Source: an uncultured Candidatus Saccharibacteria bacterium (GTDB taxonomy: Bacteria; Patescibacteriota; Saccharimonadia; Saccharimonadales; Saccharimonadaceae). From it: a stretch of 64,000 bases of DNA. The DNA lies in assembly GCA_937906385.1 (NCBI GenBank), contig CALCYQ010000001.1:81632-145631 (forward strand). Reading direction: 5' to 3'. Within the stretch, counting starts at the first letter, position 1. Each line of letters opens with the position of its first letter. The position numbers were made by a program, and so were the translations under genes. Shown piece by piece: positions 1-8,217 of the stretch. Under the pieces are notes generated by a model, which saw only the letters and a list, made by a program, of their open reading frames with translations, had not been told where the DNA came from and did no database searches.

Positions 1-1
1 C

Positions 2-388
2 CGTTACTATAGCAAAAAGGACATCTTTACGGTCCATAACATTGTTTTTGTCATCGCAATTTTTATGTGTGGCTTTTTCATTATCGGCACCGTCAATGCT
101 ACCGCCCGCAACTGGACTTTGGAGCAAAAGCTCAAAGGCCGCCAACTCGAGCTGACTAAAATGAAAATCGAAGTCGACACGCTCAAACTCGAACAGGAAT
201 ATTACAAGACCGACGAATATCAAGAGCTTACTGCTCGCGCCAAAGCAGGGAAGATGTTGCCTGGCGAAACCATGGTAATTTTACCAGCAAATTCTGATGA
301 AGCTCTTGAAAAATATAATGAAACACCCGAAGAAATCCCAAGCTATCGCAGCAACTTCTCTGAATGGCTTGACTTTTTGTTCGGTTAA
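2..388 (+). CDS. FtsB/DivIC-like septum formation initiator, 5' end off-window
   Basis: Frame is open from base 2, with no stop upstream of the listed ATG at 65. One TM helix (IVFVIAIFMCGFFIIGTV) is followed by a coiled coil (LELTKMKIEVDTLKLEQEYYK). Size and layout match FtsB/DivIC. Confidence 0.5.
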   Translation, partial: RYYSKKDIFTVHNIVFVIAIFMCGFFIIGTVNATARNWTLEQKLKGRQLELTKMKIEVDTLKLEQEYYKTDEYQELTARAKAGKMLPGETMVILPANSDEALEKYNETPEEIPSYRSNFSEWLDFLFG

Positions 389-409
389 GCGTACAATACA
401 ACGTATCGT

Positions 410-486
410 CGCGGGGTAGAGCAGCCTGGTAGCTCGTCTGGCCCATAACCAGAAGGTCGTTGGTTCAAATCCAACCCCCGCCACCA
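410..486 (+). tRNA. Initiator tRNA-fMet (anticodon CAT), CCA encoded
   Basis: Hand-folded cloverleaf. Acceptor CGCGGGG/CCCCGCC has a C1xC72 mismatch and A11:U24 is present. Anticodon arm is TCTGG-CCCATAA-CCAGA and T arm is GTTGG-TTCAAAT-CCAAC. Layout is very close to E. coli tRNA-fMet. Confidence 0.9.
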
Positions 487-526
487 AGTTTTTATCTCGG
501 CCTAGCGGCCTTATTTTTTTTCCATC

Positions 527-552
527 AAAAATCCCCTCGCATGGAGGGGATT
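527..552 (-). terminator. Intrinsic terminator of the SLH-protein gene
   Basis: Stem atcccctc (531-538) pairs with gaggggat (544-551). On the minus strand it is followed by a T-run (complement of A-run 527-531), just downstream of the stop at 556. Confidence 0.6.
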
Positions 553-555
553 TCG

Positions 556-2772
556 TTAGTTATCTTGTGTCTTTTTAATTACATCTATAGCATCATTAAC
601 GCTACATGAGCCATCATAACGGCAGAGCATCGATATTAATTGCTCGCGCGTGCATTCCGCATCTGGCATAAATTTATTACCGCCCGCGCCATTTGTAATT
701 CCGGCACTCACTGCCCAGCGCACCGCATCGTAATACCAGGACTTATTCCCGTTATCTAAAGTTGGTTTGACATCAGAAAAGTCGCGCGTATCGTCCGGCG
801 CTTTCGGACGGCCATCCATACGCCAAAGCATGGTAATAAACTCAGCGCGCGTGATGCTTTTGTTTGGCATAAAAGTGCCGCCGCTATCCGCAGTACAGCC
901 TTTTGTTCCTTCGGTGATTTTTAGCGCTTCCGCCCATTTCACGGCCGGAGAATAATATGCGCCAGCCGGAACGTCGGTAAAGCAACTAACCTCGTTTTGG
1001 CTGTTTTGGGCGCCTGCGCCGTTTGGCGTATAAATGACGTTGCCGCTTTTGTCGGTAACGGTATTGCCAGCGCGGTTCTTATAACGCCATAAGAATGTCA
1101 CGGCTTGAGCGCGAGATGTAATTTGGCCTACGCCAAACAGTAATTGGTTGGCTTGCCCACCTTTAAGAGCGCCCGTGCTGGTGGCGTGAATTAATCCGCG
1201 ATTCACGGCCCAGTTTACGGCAGTGTAATAATATGCACTTTCCGATACGTCTTCAAAATACAATGTACGACTATCGGCCGACTTCATACTAGTGCTAACA
1301 CCGGCGGCTGAAACATTTCTTGAATCGTCGTCGATATATACACTCTCTTTGGTGCAAGCTCTGTTTTTTAGATAATCATCGCGACCACCAGGTAGGCTTC
1401 TATCTAGAGTCTTACACGAAACAATACTTTTGTTATTATCGCCATAAACTAAATCGTTTGCGCGGTATCCGCCATAGTTATACCAGTTCGCTTCCGATGT
1501 ATTCCCGGTAACCTTAAATGAGCCCTTTGTGGCGTTGTAATTATCTTTGTTGCTTTCCTGACTAATAAAGCGGTTTTGATGTTCAAAGAATATACCAAAC
1601 AAGCGGTTTCCGATTGCTTGGCTATTAATTATCTCCATACTTTCGTTGTCTGCCACGCCAGTTCCGATACCAAAACCGGAAGCGCCGCTACTCTTCGTCG
1701 GATCGGAAAGTCCTTTGCCGCATCCTTGCGCTTTGCTACGGTTGATGACGGAGTTAATTGGCGCGTCGACGCCAAAACCGGTGCCATCGGTATTCATGAC
1801 AGTAATATTATTCCAGTCGGTATTTTCGAATAAGTTGTACATGAAGCCTTTGCCAGCCGAAGTATAATTTGTGCCGATTGCTTTTTCGCCGTTTATTATA
1901 AAATCTTGGTAGCGATTATTCTTCAGATAATCTTTGACGGTAAAATTCGAGGCACTCCAGCCATTAAAGAAGAACATATCTGGCGCTGCCGACGCCGTAT
2001 AATTAGCATCCGTGAATGGTTTCAGGGTGGTGTTATAGCCGCCCTCAGAGGTATCGTGGCCTTTTATAAACATATTATCTTGCGGTTTAATAATATGCTG
2101 TTCTTTCTTGTAGTTTTCAGGATGATTCGTATCATTCCTATTTAGAAATTTTTGCTTCGTTGCATCGTTGCCCGTAGCAAGAACAGTCTGATAATATTCG
2201 GCCCGTTCTTTTTCGGTCAGCATATTATTGTGGCCATTAATAAAATAAAATGTGCCAGAAGGAAGGGTTATTTCACCACCTCTTTGACCATAATTAGTAG
2301 AACAGTTAATTGCGTGTTGTAAAACGTAAGTGTTATAAAGCATCGCGGTTTGGGCCTGATAATAGGCATCGCTGCCGTTGGATTTGTTATAGCCGTCTGT
2401 CGCCATGTTGCCATCGTCGCTAATGAGGTATAAGTCTACGTTATTCGATTCGCAGTCTTCGCGGACTGCGCCCACTTCGCCAAGATATGATTTGCGCGAA
2501 TCTTTTATTTGCGGATAATACGTTTTACCATCGCCTAATGAGCTCGAGCCACTCACGAATTCAGAATAGGTTATTGCCGGAAGCGGAACTTTTTTGCTGT
2601 AATTATTAGTAGATCTATAAATATAACTACCGCCCGCTGCCGTAACGCTCTGGTTGAACTTCGATTGTGTCACCAAAACTAAACCGCCAGCAATTAAAGC
2701 ATTTAAGGCCAAAATACATATTATTTGAGAAAGGCTAATTGTTTTTCTAATCTTCATATTTTTTCCTCTCAC
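556..2772 (-). CDS. Secreted parallel beta-helix protein with three C-terminal SLH (S-layer homology) repeats
   Basis: N-terminal signal anchor. Central G/N/T-rich beta-helix-like repeats (NITVMNTDGTGFGVD.., GASGFGIGTGVADNESMEIINS..). Three SLH-type repeats (AYYYTAVNWAVNRGL.., AYYSPAVKWAEALKI..FMPNKSITRAEFITMLWR, WYYDAVRWAVSAGI..FMPDAECTREQLISMLCR). Confidence 0.75.
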   Translation of the reverse strand: MRGKNMKIRKTISLSQIICILALNALIAGGLVLVTQSKFNQSVTAAGGSYIYRSTNNYSKKVPLPAITYSEFVSGSSSLGDGKTYYPQIKDSRKSYLGEVGAVREDCESNNVDLYLISDDGNMATDGYNKSNGSDAYYQAQTAMLYNTYVLQHAINCSTNYGQRGGEITLPSGTFYFINGHNNMLTEKERAEYYQTVLATGNDATKQKFLNRNDTNHPENYKKEQHIIKPQDNMFIKGHDTSEGGYNTTLKPFTDANYTASAAPDMFFFNGWSASNFTVKDYLKNNRYQDFIINGEKAIGTNYTSAGKGFMYNLFENTDWNNITVMNTDGTGFGVDAPINSVINRSKAQGCGKGLSDPTKSSGASGFGIGTGVADNESMEIINSQAIGNRLFGIFFEHQNRFISQESNKDNYNATKGSFKVTGNTSEANWYNYGGYRANDLVYGDNNKSIVSCKTLDRSLPGGRDDYLKNRACTKESVYIDDDSRNVSAAGVSTSMKSADSRTLYFEDVSESAYYYTAVNWAVNRGLIHATSTGALKGGQANQLLFGVGQITSRAQAVTFLWRYKNRAGNTVTDKSGNVIYTPNGAGAQNSQNEVSCFTDVPAGAYYSPAVKWAEALKITEGTKGCTADSGGTFMPNKSITRAEFITMLWRMDGRPKAPDDTRDFSDVKPTLDNGNKSWYYDAVRWAVSAGITNGAGGNKFMPDAECTREQLISMLCRYDGSCSVNDAIDVIKKTQDN

Positions 2773-3251
2773 ATTATCTTAAAGGCTATAAAGCTAATGG
2801 CGAATATAAATAAAGCACCGATAAAGAAATACAACGCGCCCGTTCCTCTCAGGCTCTTGTCGGCCTCCGTCTCCGCTAGTACATTGCGGGATTTTTCTAG
2901 TTCGATTTGCTGATCCTCTTTTTGAGATACTAATTCCGTTTGGGCAAAGTAATTATCGCTCATGCCTTCCGAGTGATATATTTCTAATTGCTTGCTATAC
3001 ATTGGCGCAAGCTCATCTTTAATAGACGTAATCTCCTTATCTAAATCGGCAATTGAACGTCCATTCTCGTCGCGCACTTCGCTAGTGAATTGTACGAAAA
3101 TGCCAGCCACAATTAGTGCAATCGCGAGCGTAACGCCGCCAAATAATATCAATTTCCGTTTTGGCGAATGTGTTTTTTCACGTGCCGGCTCTGATGGCTG
3201 TAGCCTATCCCGATAGACTGTTGGCCTCATAGATATATTATTATCTTGCAT
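2769..3251 (-). CDS. Hypothetical bitopic membrane protein with coiled coil
   Basis: TM helices near residue 40 and at the C-terminus flank a charged helical segment. The stop overlaps the downstream gene start by 4 nt, which implies operon coupling. No family recognised. Confidence 0.45.
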   Translation of the reverse strand: MQDNNISMRPTVYRDRLQPSEPAREKTHSPKRKLILFGGVTLAIALIVAGIFVQFTSEVRDENGRSIADLDKEITSIKDELAPMYSKQLEIYHSEGMSDNYFAQTELVSQKEDQQIELEKSRNVLAETEADKSLRGTGALYFFIGALFIFAISFIAFKIM

Positions 3252-3259
3252 AGCCCTCC

Positions 3260-3781
3260 TTATACTGGCTGAGTTAACATGCTTGTTTTGCCCGGTTTTA
3301 CTATTTCACTAGCAGGGCGTTCCGGATCGTCGGTTGCGTTACCGCCACTAGGCGTTGACGGCGTTGATGTTGTCGTTGGCGTAACGGTTATATCCGTGTC
3401 CACCTCGCTAGGCGTGTCGCCTGGCAATACAAAGTTAATAATTGCGGGGAATATCACCAATGCCAATAGTCCAATAACAATTTCCCACAGACGCTTCTTG
3501 GCTTTTTCAATTTTTGAGACATCATCGCGCGCCGTTAAAACGGTGTAGCCACAGATAATGATGCCAATCGTACCAGCTACTAACAGCCCGCCAGCTAAAA
3601 CGCCAAGAAATACATTTACGACTCCCCAAATATTGCTTTCGTCCATATCTTTGCAGTCGCCAACATTGATTAAATTCGTACAGTTGTCGGCATAGCTAGC
3701 TTTTGGCACTAAGCTAAGCATGATGGCACTACAAACTAACACCAATATAGCAATCAGTATAGCGGAGCTCCTTTTGTGCAT
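3260..3781 (-). CDS. T4SS-type (VirB2/TrbC-like) pilin family protein with Thr/Pro-rich tail
   Basis: Signal peptide ends ..SYA. Two TM helices are separated by a short charged loop (GVLAGGLLVAGTIGIIICGYTVLTARDDVSKIEKAKKRLWEIVIGLLALVIF), the hallmark layout of the Gram-positive/CPR T4SS pilin family. C-terminal TPTTTSTPSTPS linker. Confidence 0.5.
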   Translation of the reverse strand: MHKRSSAILIAILVLVCSAIMLSLVPKASYADNCTNLINVGDCKDMDESNIWGVVNVFLGVLAGGLLVAGTIGIIICGYTVLTARDDVSKIEKAKKRLWEIVIGLLALVIFPAIINFVLPGDTPSEVDTDITVTPTTTSTPSTPSGGNATDDPERPASEIVKPGKTSMLTQPV

Positions 3782-3782
3782 T

Positions 3783-5147
3783 TTACATCCTTTCGCAGGC
3801 CGTGCGCACTAGCTCGCTCCAATCATTTGCGAGATGTGGCATCCGGGCCAAATCATACACGGTGAGATCTAGCATTAAAGCCATAGCGAGCTCTTGTGCG
3901 AGTAAACCGGCGTGCGGCGCCATAATCGTTGCGCCGAGCAGTTTTCCGCCTTTCTTTGTGCAAATCAACTTAATGAAGCCGCGGTCTTCGTCGGTAATAT
4001 TCGATTTTTGCACCACATCAAGCGGCAGCACAAGCTTCGAAATTTTGCGGTCCGCGCGGATGCAATCGTCTTCCGTCACACCTACTTTGGCCACTTCTGG
4101 CACAATGTTAGTCATCCGAATCACGCCGCGGTAATCTACCACCGCTTTGCTGCGCCCGATGATATGCGACACCGCTACGCGCGCATCGATGAGCGCCTTC
4201 TCGGTAGAGCTATGCCCGCCTACGACGTCACCAGCCGCATAGATATGCTTCTGCGAGGTCTTCATCGTGTCGTCAACTTGAATGCCATTGCGCGTAAATT
4301 TGACGCCGGCATTTTCGAGGCCGAGGTCGATATTTGGCGCGCTGCCGGTGCAGAGCAAAACTTGATCCACGCGCACTGATTTTTCTTGGCCACCACGGAG
4401 GAAAATCACGCGTTTGGCCACGCTGTCTTTTTCGAGCGCAATCACGCGCGACTGCGTCAAAACTTTGATGCCTTGCTTGTTAAAAACGTCATCCAAAACT
4501 TGGCCAACTTCTTCATCTTCGCGTGGCAGTAAGCGACCAGCGATATCGGCAATAATTACTTCTGTGCCGAGCGTGGCAAAGAATTGCGCCAGTTCACAGC
4601 CGGTTGGTCCAGCGCCCACGATGAAAATCGTCTTTGGCGGGCGAATCATCTCAAGCACGTTTTCTGGGAGCCAAAAATCAAAATCTTCCGGAATCGTGAT
4701 ACCCGTATCGAGCATGCTCGCGCCGGTTGCCAGCAAGATGTTTTTTGCCTTGATGGTCTTTTGTTCACCAACGCTAATTCCGTGCGCCGAAAGCAAACGG
4801 CCGAGTCCATGAATGCAATCGATGCCAGCTTCTTCGAAATCTTTTTTACTGTTGGCATGCGCGCGTTTCATCGCGACATTCTTCCAGTTATTTAGCGTTG
4901 GGTAGTTATAACGCAAACTTGCGCTCGACAAGCCAAATTTAGCGCCTTCCGTCGCAGCCCGGAATAGTTGGGTGGCATGGAATAACGCGCCCAAAGGCAC
5001 GTTTGTGTAATTCAGGCTCGAGCCGCCCCACTTCTGCGATTCGATTAAGGCGACCTTGAGTCCTGATTTCGCAGCGATTAACGCCGCTTCGCCTCCGGCA
5101 TCTCCGCTGCCAAGGATAGCCAGATCATAATCAAAACGTTTCTTCAT
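3783..5147 (-). CDS. Dihydrolipoyl dehydrogenase-like flavoprotein (class I pyridine nucleotide-disulfide oxidoreductase fold) lacking the redox-active CxxxxC
   Basis: FAD GxGxxG motif (DLAILGSGDAGG), NAD GxGxxG motif (IVGAGPTGCE), AAGD motif and a C-terminal dimerisation domain with His/Glu. The canonical GGTCLNVGCIP reads GGSSLNYTNVP here. Confidence 0.8.
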   Translation of the reverse strand: MKKRFDYDLAILGSGDAGGEAALIAAKSGLKVALIESQKWGGSSLNYTNVPLGALFHATQLFRAATEGAKFGLSSASLRYNYPTLNNWKNVAMKRAHANSKKDFEEAGIDCIHGLGRLLSAHGISVGEQKTIKAKNILLATGASMLDTGITIPEDFDFWLPENVLEMIRPPKTIFIVGAGPTGCELAQFFATLGTEVIIADIAGRLLPREDEEVGQVLDDVFNKQGIKVLTQSRVIALEKDSVAKRVIFLRGGQEKSVRVDQVLLCTGSAPNIDLGLENAGVKFTRNGIQVDDTMKTSQKHIYAAGDVVGGHSSTEKALIDARVAVSHIIGRSKAVVDYRGVIRMTNIVPEVAKVGVTEDDCIRADRKISKLVLPLDVVQKSNITDEDRGFIKLICTKKGGKLLGATIMAPHAGLLAQELAMALMLDLTVYDLARMPHLANDWSELVRTACERM

Positions 5148-5148
5148 C

Positions 5149-5409
5149 TTATATTATTTTATCATGATTCCGATAAGCAAAAGCGACATCCTCATTCAAT
5201 CGCTCGAGCTCTGCGATAATCACTTCGCGTAGGTCGTCTTCGGTCACAAGATCTTTGTCAGCAATCCATTTATCGGTGACTTTTGCTACGCGTTCGGCCA
5301 TTTGTTCGGCCCAGCCTTCTGGTTGACGGACGCCCTTCGCATAGCGCAAAACGCTCTGCTTAACACCATCATGTGAATATTCATAAGTAATCTTTTTGCG
5401 CCGCGCCAT
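5149..5409 (-). CDS. Small ATP-cone-like domain protein
   Basis: 86 aa. The pattern ..VKQSVLRYAKG..MAERVAKVTDKW..VTEDDLREVIIAELERLNEDVAFAYRNH resembles the ATP-cone consensus ending in AyaYr. Confidence 0.35.
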   Translation of the reverse strand: MARRKKITYEYSHDGVKQSVLRYAKGVRQPEGWAEQMAERVAKVTDKWIADKDLVTEDDLREVIIAELERLNEDVAFAYRNHDKII

Positions 5410-6096
5410 TTAGAGTCCCCAATAGGTTAGGATGAATGCGGCTAGTACGGCAAAGCCGGTTCCAGATATAATACGCACAAATGCCTTGTTGCGAATGCGC
5501 CAGCGCTGAATTTCGGCCACGTTACGTCCAGTTTTGATGCGCAGCTTTAGTGTCACCATCGGAATCGCAACCACTGCTAAATATACGCCCAGCGCGATAA
5601 ACGGTTGCGTGGTTGTAACGAGGCAGTTTGCCACTACGGCATAAATCGCAATCGTTAGCGGCAATTCTACAAATGCGCTTAACATCCCTAGCGAGAACGC
5701 CTCAATATTGTCGCTCGTGCCGTTCGCCCGTCGCGTAATGTAACGCGTCAAGCTCTTTGGCAGCCAAGTCTGCGTCGTCTGTCGGCCGCGACGATAATAT
5801 AACAGCCACATCACTACTGCCGACGCGAGCAAGATGCCAGAAATAACGAACACCGCCTCGCGCGCAACTGCGCCTTTAAAGAGGCGCTCAATCAAGAAAG
5901 CACCCGCACAGGCGGCCAAAAAACTAATTGTCAGTGCGCCCCAGATGTAACTCTTTGCTAAATAGCGCGTTTTGCGGCGACGATGCCGCCCCATACTAGA
6001 ATGGTATAGCAAAACAAGACCACCCAGACTTAGTTGCAGGGAAGCTTGAACTATACCGGCCAAAGCGATTGTCGCAATACTCAGTAAATCGCTCAT
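5410..6096 (-). CDS. Polytopic membrane protein (about 6 TM), family not recognised
   Basis: Hydrophobic helices throughout with Arg-rich loops. The start abuts the upstream gene. Confidence 0.5.
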   Translation of the reverse strand: MSDLLSIATIALAGIVQASLQLSLGGLVLLYHSSMGRHRRRKTRYLAKSYIWGALTISFLAACAGAFLIERLFKGAVAREAVFVISGILLASAVVMWLLYYRRGRQTTQTWLPKSLTRYITRRANGTSDNIEAFSLGMLSAFVELPLTIAIYAVVANCLVTTTQPFIALGVYLAVVAIPMVTLKLRIKTGRNVAEIQRWRIRNKAFVRIISGTGFAVLAAFILTYWGL

Positions 6097-6172
6097 GTTT
6101 TAAGTGTAGCACGCTTGGGCAATTATTGCACTTACGCTTGTTGGTTTTCTAGTTGACTGTCAGGCTAGGGGA

Positions 6173-7618
6173 ATGAAACGATTTTTATTGCTAGTTTCGG
6201 TAATTATTACTGCGTTCGTTGGCGCTCCGGTTTTTGCGGCCGACGCGCCGCCGATTTATATTTCGGCCTTTAATGCCGGCTTTAAGGATGATTTTTCCGC
6301 GCAAAATTACGATTTTATTGAGCTGGCGCATACTGGCGAGGGCGATGTTCCGCTCGCCGGTCTTGAGCTGCGTTATTTTAATAGCTCGGGCAAGCTTGCC
6401 GGCACGCTCAGCTTTTCAGATTATTGGTCGCTTGCGGCCGATCGGGTAGTTTTCGGCTTCAAAAATAGCCCGCAATTTGCCGATTTTGCCGACACTCCTT
6501 ATCAATATTACTTTTCCAGTAGCGGCATGGCGGCGACGGCTGGCATGCTCCAGCTTTGGCAAGACGAAGAGAAGCTCGACGAAGTTTGTTGGGGGAAGCT
6601 CGAATGTGATTTGAATGTGTCCAAATTTTCCACCGCCGCCGCAACAAATTTTAGCTACCTACGCCAGTCTGATGGCACTTTCGCGCCAGAAATATATCGC
6701 CCAGAGATTAATCCCGAGGCGATTATTGATGCTGCTCCGCCCGAAATTCCGTCGCACTGCGGCGATATTGTAGTCACCGAAATCTATAGTTATTATGCCG
6801 ATTCAGCCGACGAGCAGTTCATTGAGCTATATAACCCTACCGAGGAGACTATCACACTCGACCTCTGTAAAATTCGCTACAAAACCGACTCATTTACACT
6901 TAGTGGCGAGCTTGATTCGAAGCAGTATTTCGCCTTCAAAGATTCCACACTATCGCTTACAAAGAATCCTTCCACCTTCAACACGGTCAACATTCAAGAT
7001 ACTTCCGGTGATATATTCATCGATTTCGTTTATCCTCACGGTCAGAAAAAGGGCACGTCGTACGCCGTTTTTAATCTCGGCGCGGCTGATGAAACTTGGC
7101 TGCAAACCTACATGCCTACTCCGGGCGCAGAGAATAGTTATCAACAATTTCAAACTTGCCCAGAAGACAAAATCATCAATCCCGAGACCGGCAACTGTAT
7201 CAAAAGCCAAGAAACGGTCGGCGCCACGATTTGCCCAGAGGGGAAGTACTTAAACCCACTCACTGGCCGTTGTAAGAAAATCGAGGTCGCCACCACAAAA
7301 ATCTGCAAAGATGGCTATTATCTTAATATTTTGACCGGTCGCTGCAATAAGATTAAAACCACAACTGAAGCCTCCGCTTGTAAAGATGGTTACGAGCGCA
7401 ATCCTGACACCGGCCGCTGTCGCAAAGTTCGCACCAACACTGCTCAAGAATATCCCGTCGCGCCTTCGTCCGACGAAGAATACGACAGTCCGCAAATTTT
7501 CACCGCCGGCATCGTTATTGCAGTTCTTATCGTCGGCGGCGCAGCTTTCGCTATCTTCCAGTTCCGCAAAGAGATAAAAACCGCTATACTTAAGATATGT
7601 CGACGAAAAGAGTCTTAG
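6173..7618 (+). CDS. Secreted lamin-tail-domain (LTD) protein with four Cys-pair repeats and a C-terminal TM anchor
   Basis: Signal peptide. Two LTD-like segments (ISAFNAG..NYDFIELAHTG.., VVTEIYSYYADSADEQFIELYNPTEETITL). Four repeats of C-x(3)-Y/I-x-N-P-x-T-G-x-C-x-K. C-terminal TM helix (IVIAVLIVGGAAFAIF). Confidence 0.65.
   Translation: MKRFLLLVSVIITAFVGAPVFAADAPPIYISAFNAGFKDDFSAQNYDFIELAHTGEGDVPLAGLELRYFNSSGKLAGTLSFSDYWSLAADRVVFGFKNSPQFADFADTPYQYYFSSSGMAATAGMLQLWQDEEKLDEVCWGKLECDLNVSKFSTAAATNFSYLRQSDGTFAPEIYRPEINPEAIIDAAPPEIPSHCGDIVVTEIYSYYADSADEQFIELYNPTEETITLDLCKIRYKTDSFTLSGELDSKQYFAFKDSTLSLTKNPSTFNTVNIQDTSGDIFIDFVYPHGQKKGTSYAVFNLGAADETWLQTYMPTPGAENSYQQFQTCPEDKIINPETGNCIKSQETVGATICPEGKYLNPLTGRCKKIEVATTKICKDGYYLNILTGRCNKIKTTTEASACKDGYERNPDTGRCRKVRTNTAQEYPVAPSSDEEYDSPQIFTAGIVIAVLIVGGAAFAIFQFRKEIKTAILKICRRKES
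7157..7426 (+). repeat. Four tandem ~72-nt coding repeats (24-aa Cys-pair module)
   Basis: CPEDKIINPETGNCIK / CPEGKYLNPLTGRCKK / CKDGYYLNILTGRCNK / CKDGYERNPDTGRCRK. Confidence 0.7.
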
Positions 7619-8091
7619 GTATCGATCCGGGCACCGGCATTTGCGGCTTTGGCGTGGTGCAATATGTCACGCATAAGCAGCCGCGCATGGTTACGGCCGG
7701 CGTGATTACTACGCCTGCACATACGCCCGTGGAAGATCGCCTACTGGACATTTATGAATCTCTAAACCAGATTATCGACGAGACGCATCCCGACGAAGTT
7801 TCCATCGAAAAACTCTATTTCAACCAAAATATCACCACTGGTATCACCGTCGCTGAAGCGCGTGGCGTCTGTATTTTAGTCGCCCGTCAGCATAATCTGC
7901 CAATTGCCGAATATACGCCACTCCAAATCAAACAAACTCTTACCGGCTACGGTCGCGCCAATAAAAAACAGATGCAGGAAGCCGTGCGCGAATATCTGCG
8001 CATGCAAGAGGTTGTGAAGCCAGACGACGCCGCTGACGCGCTCGCAGCCGCCATCACCCACGCTCTCATGACGCGCCTAGCCTATCAATAG
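7597..8091 (+). CDS. ruvC: Crossover junction endodeoxyribonuclease RuvC
   Basis: VLGIDPGTGICGFGVV N-terminal motif, catalytic acidic residues, 164 aa. Overlaps the previous gene by 22 nt. Confidence 0.9.
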   Translation: MSTKRVLGIDPGTGICGFGVVQYVTHKQPRMVTAGVITTPAHTPVEDRLLDIYESLNQIIDETHPDEVSIEKLYFNQNITTGITVAEARGVCILVARQHNLPIAEYTPLQIKQTLTGYGRANKKQMQEAVREYLRMQEVVKPDDAADALAAAITHALMTRLAYQ

Positions 8092-8100
8092 CGCTTATTC

Positions 8101-8129
8101 TTGACAAAAAAGCAAATCTGTGATAAAAT
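8101..8129 (+). promoter_or_regulatory. Sigma70-type promoter for the SleB-like gene
   Basis: TTGACA (8101-8106), 17-nt spacer, TGaTAAAAT (-10 at 8124-8129). Confidence 0.5.
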
Positions 8130-8217
8130 AATAAGATGCGAGCGTTTTTAAGGCTCGCGATCTTTAAGAGAGTACGCATAAATAGTTCCAAAAGTATTAA
8201 GGAGGGGATTATACCTT

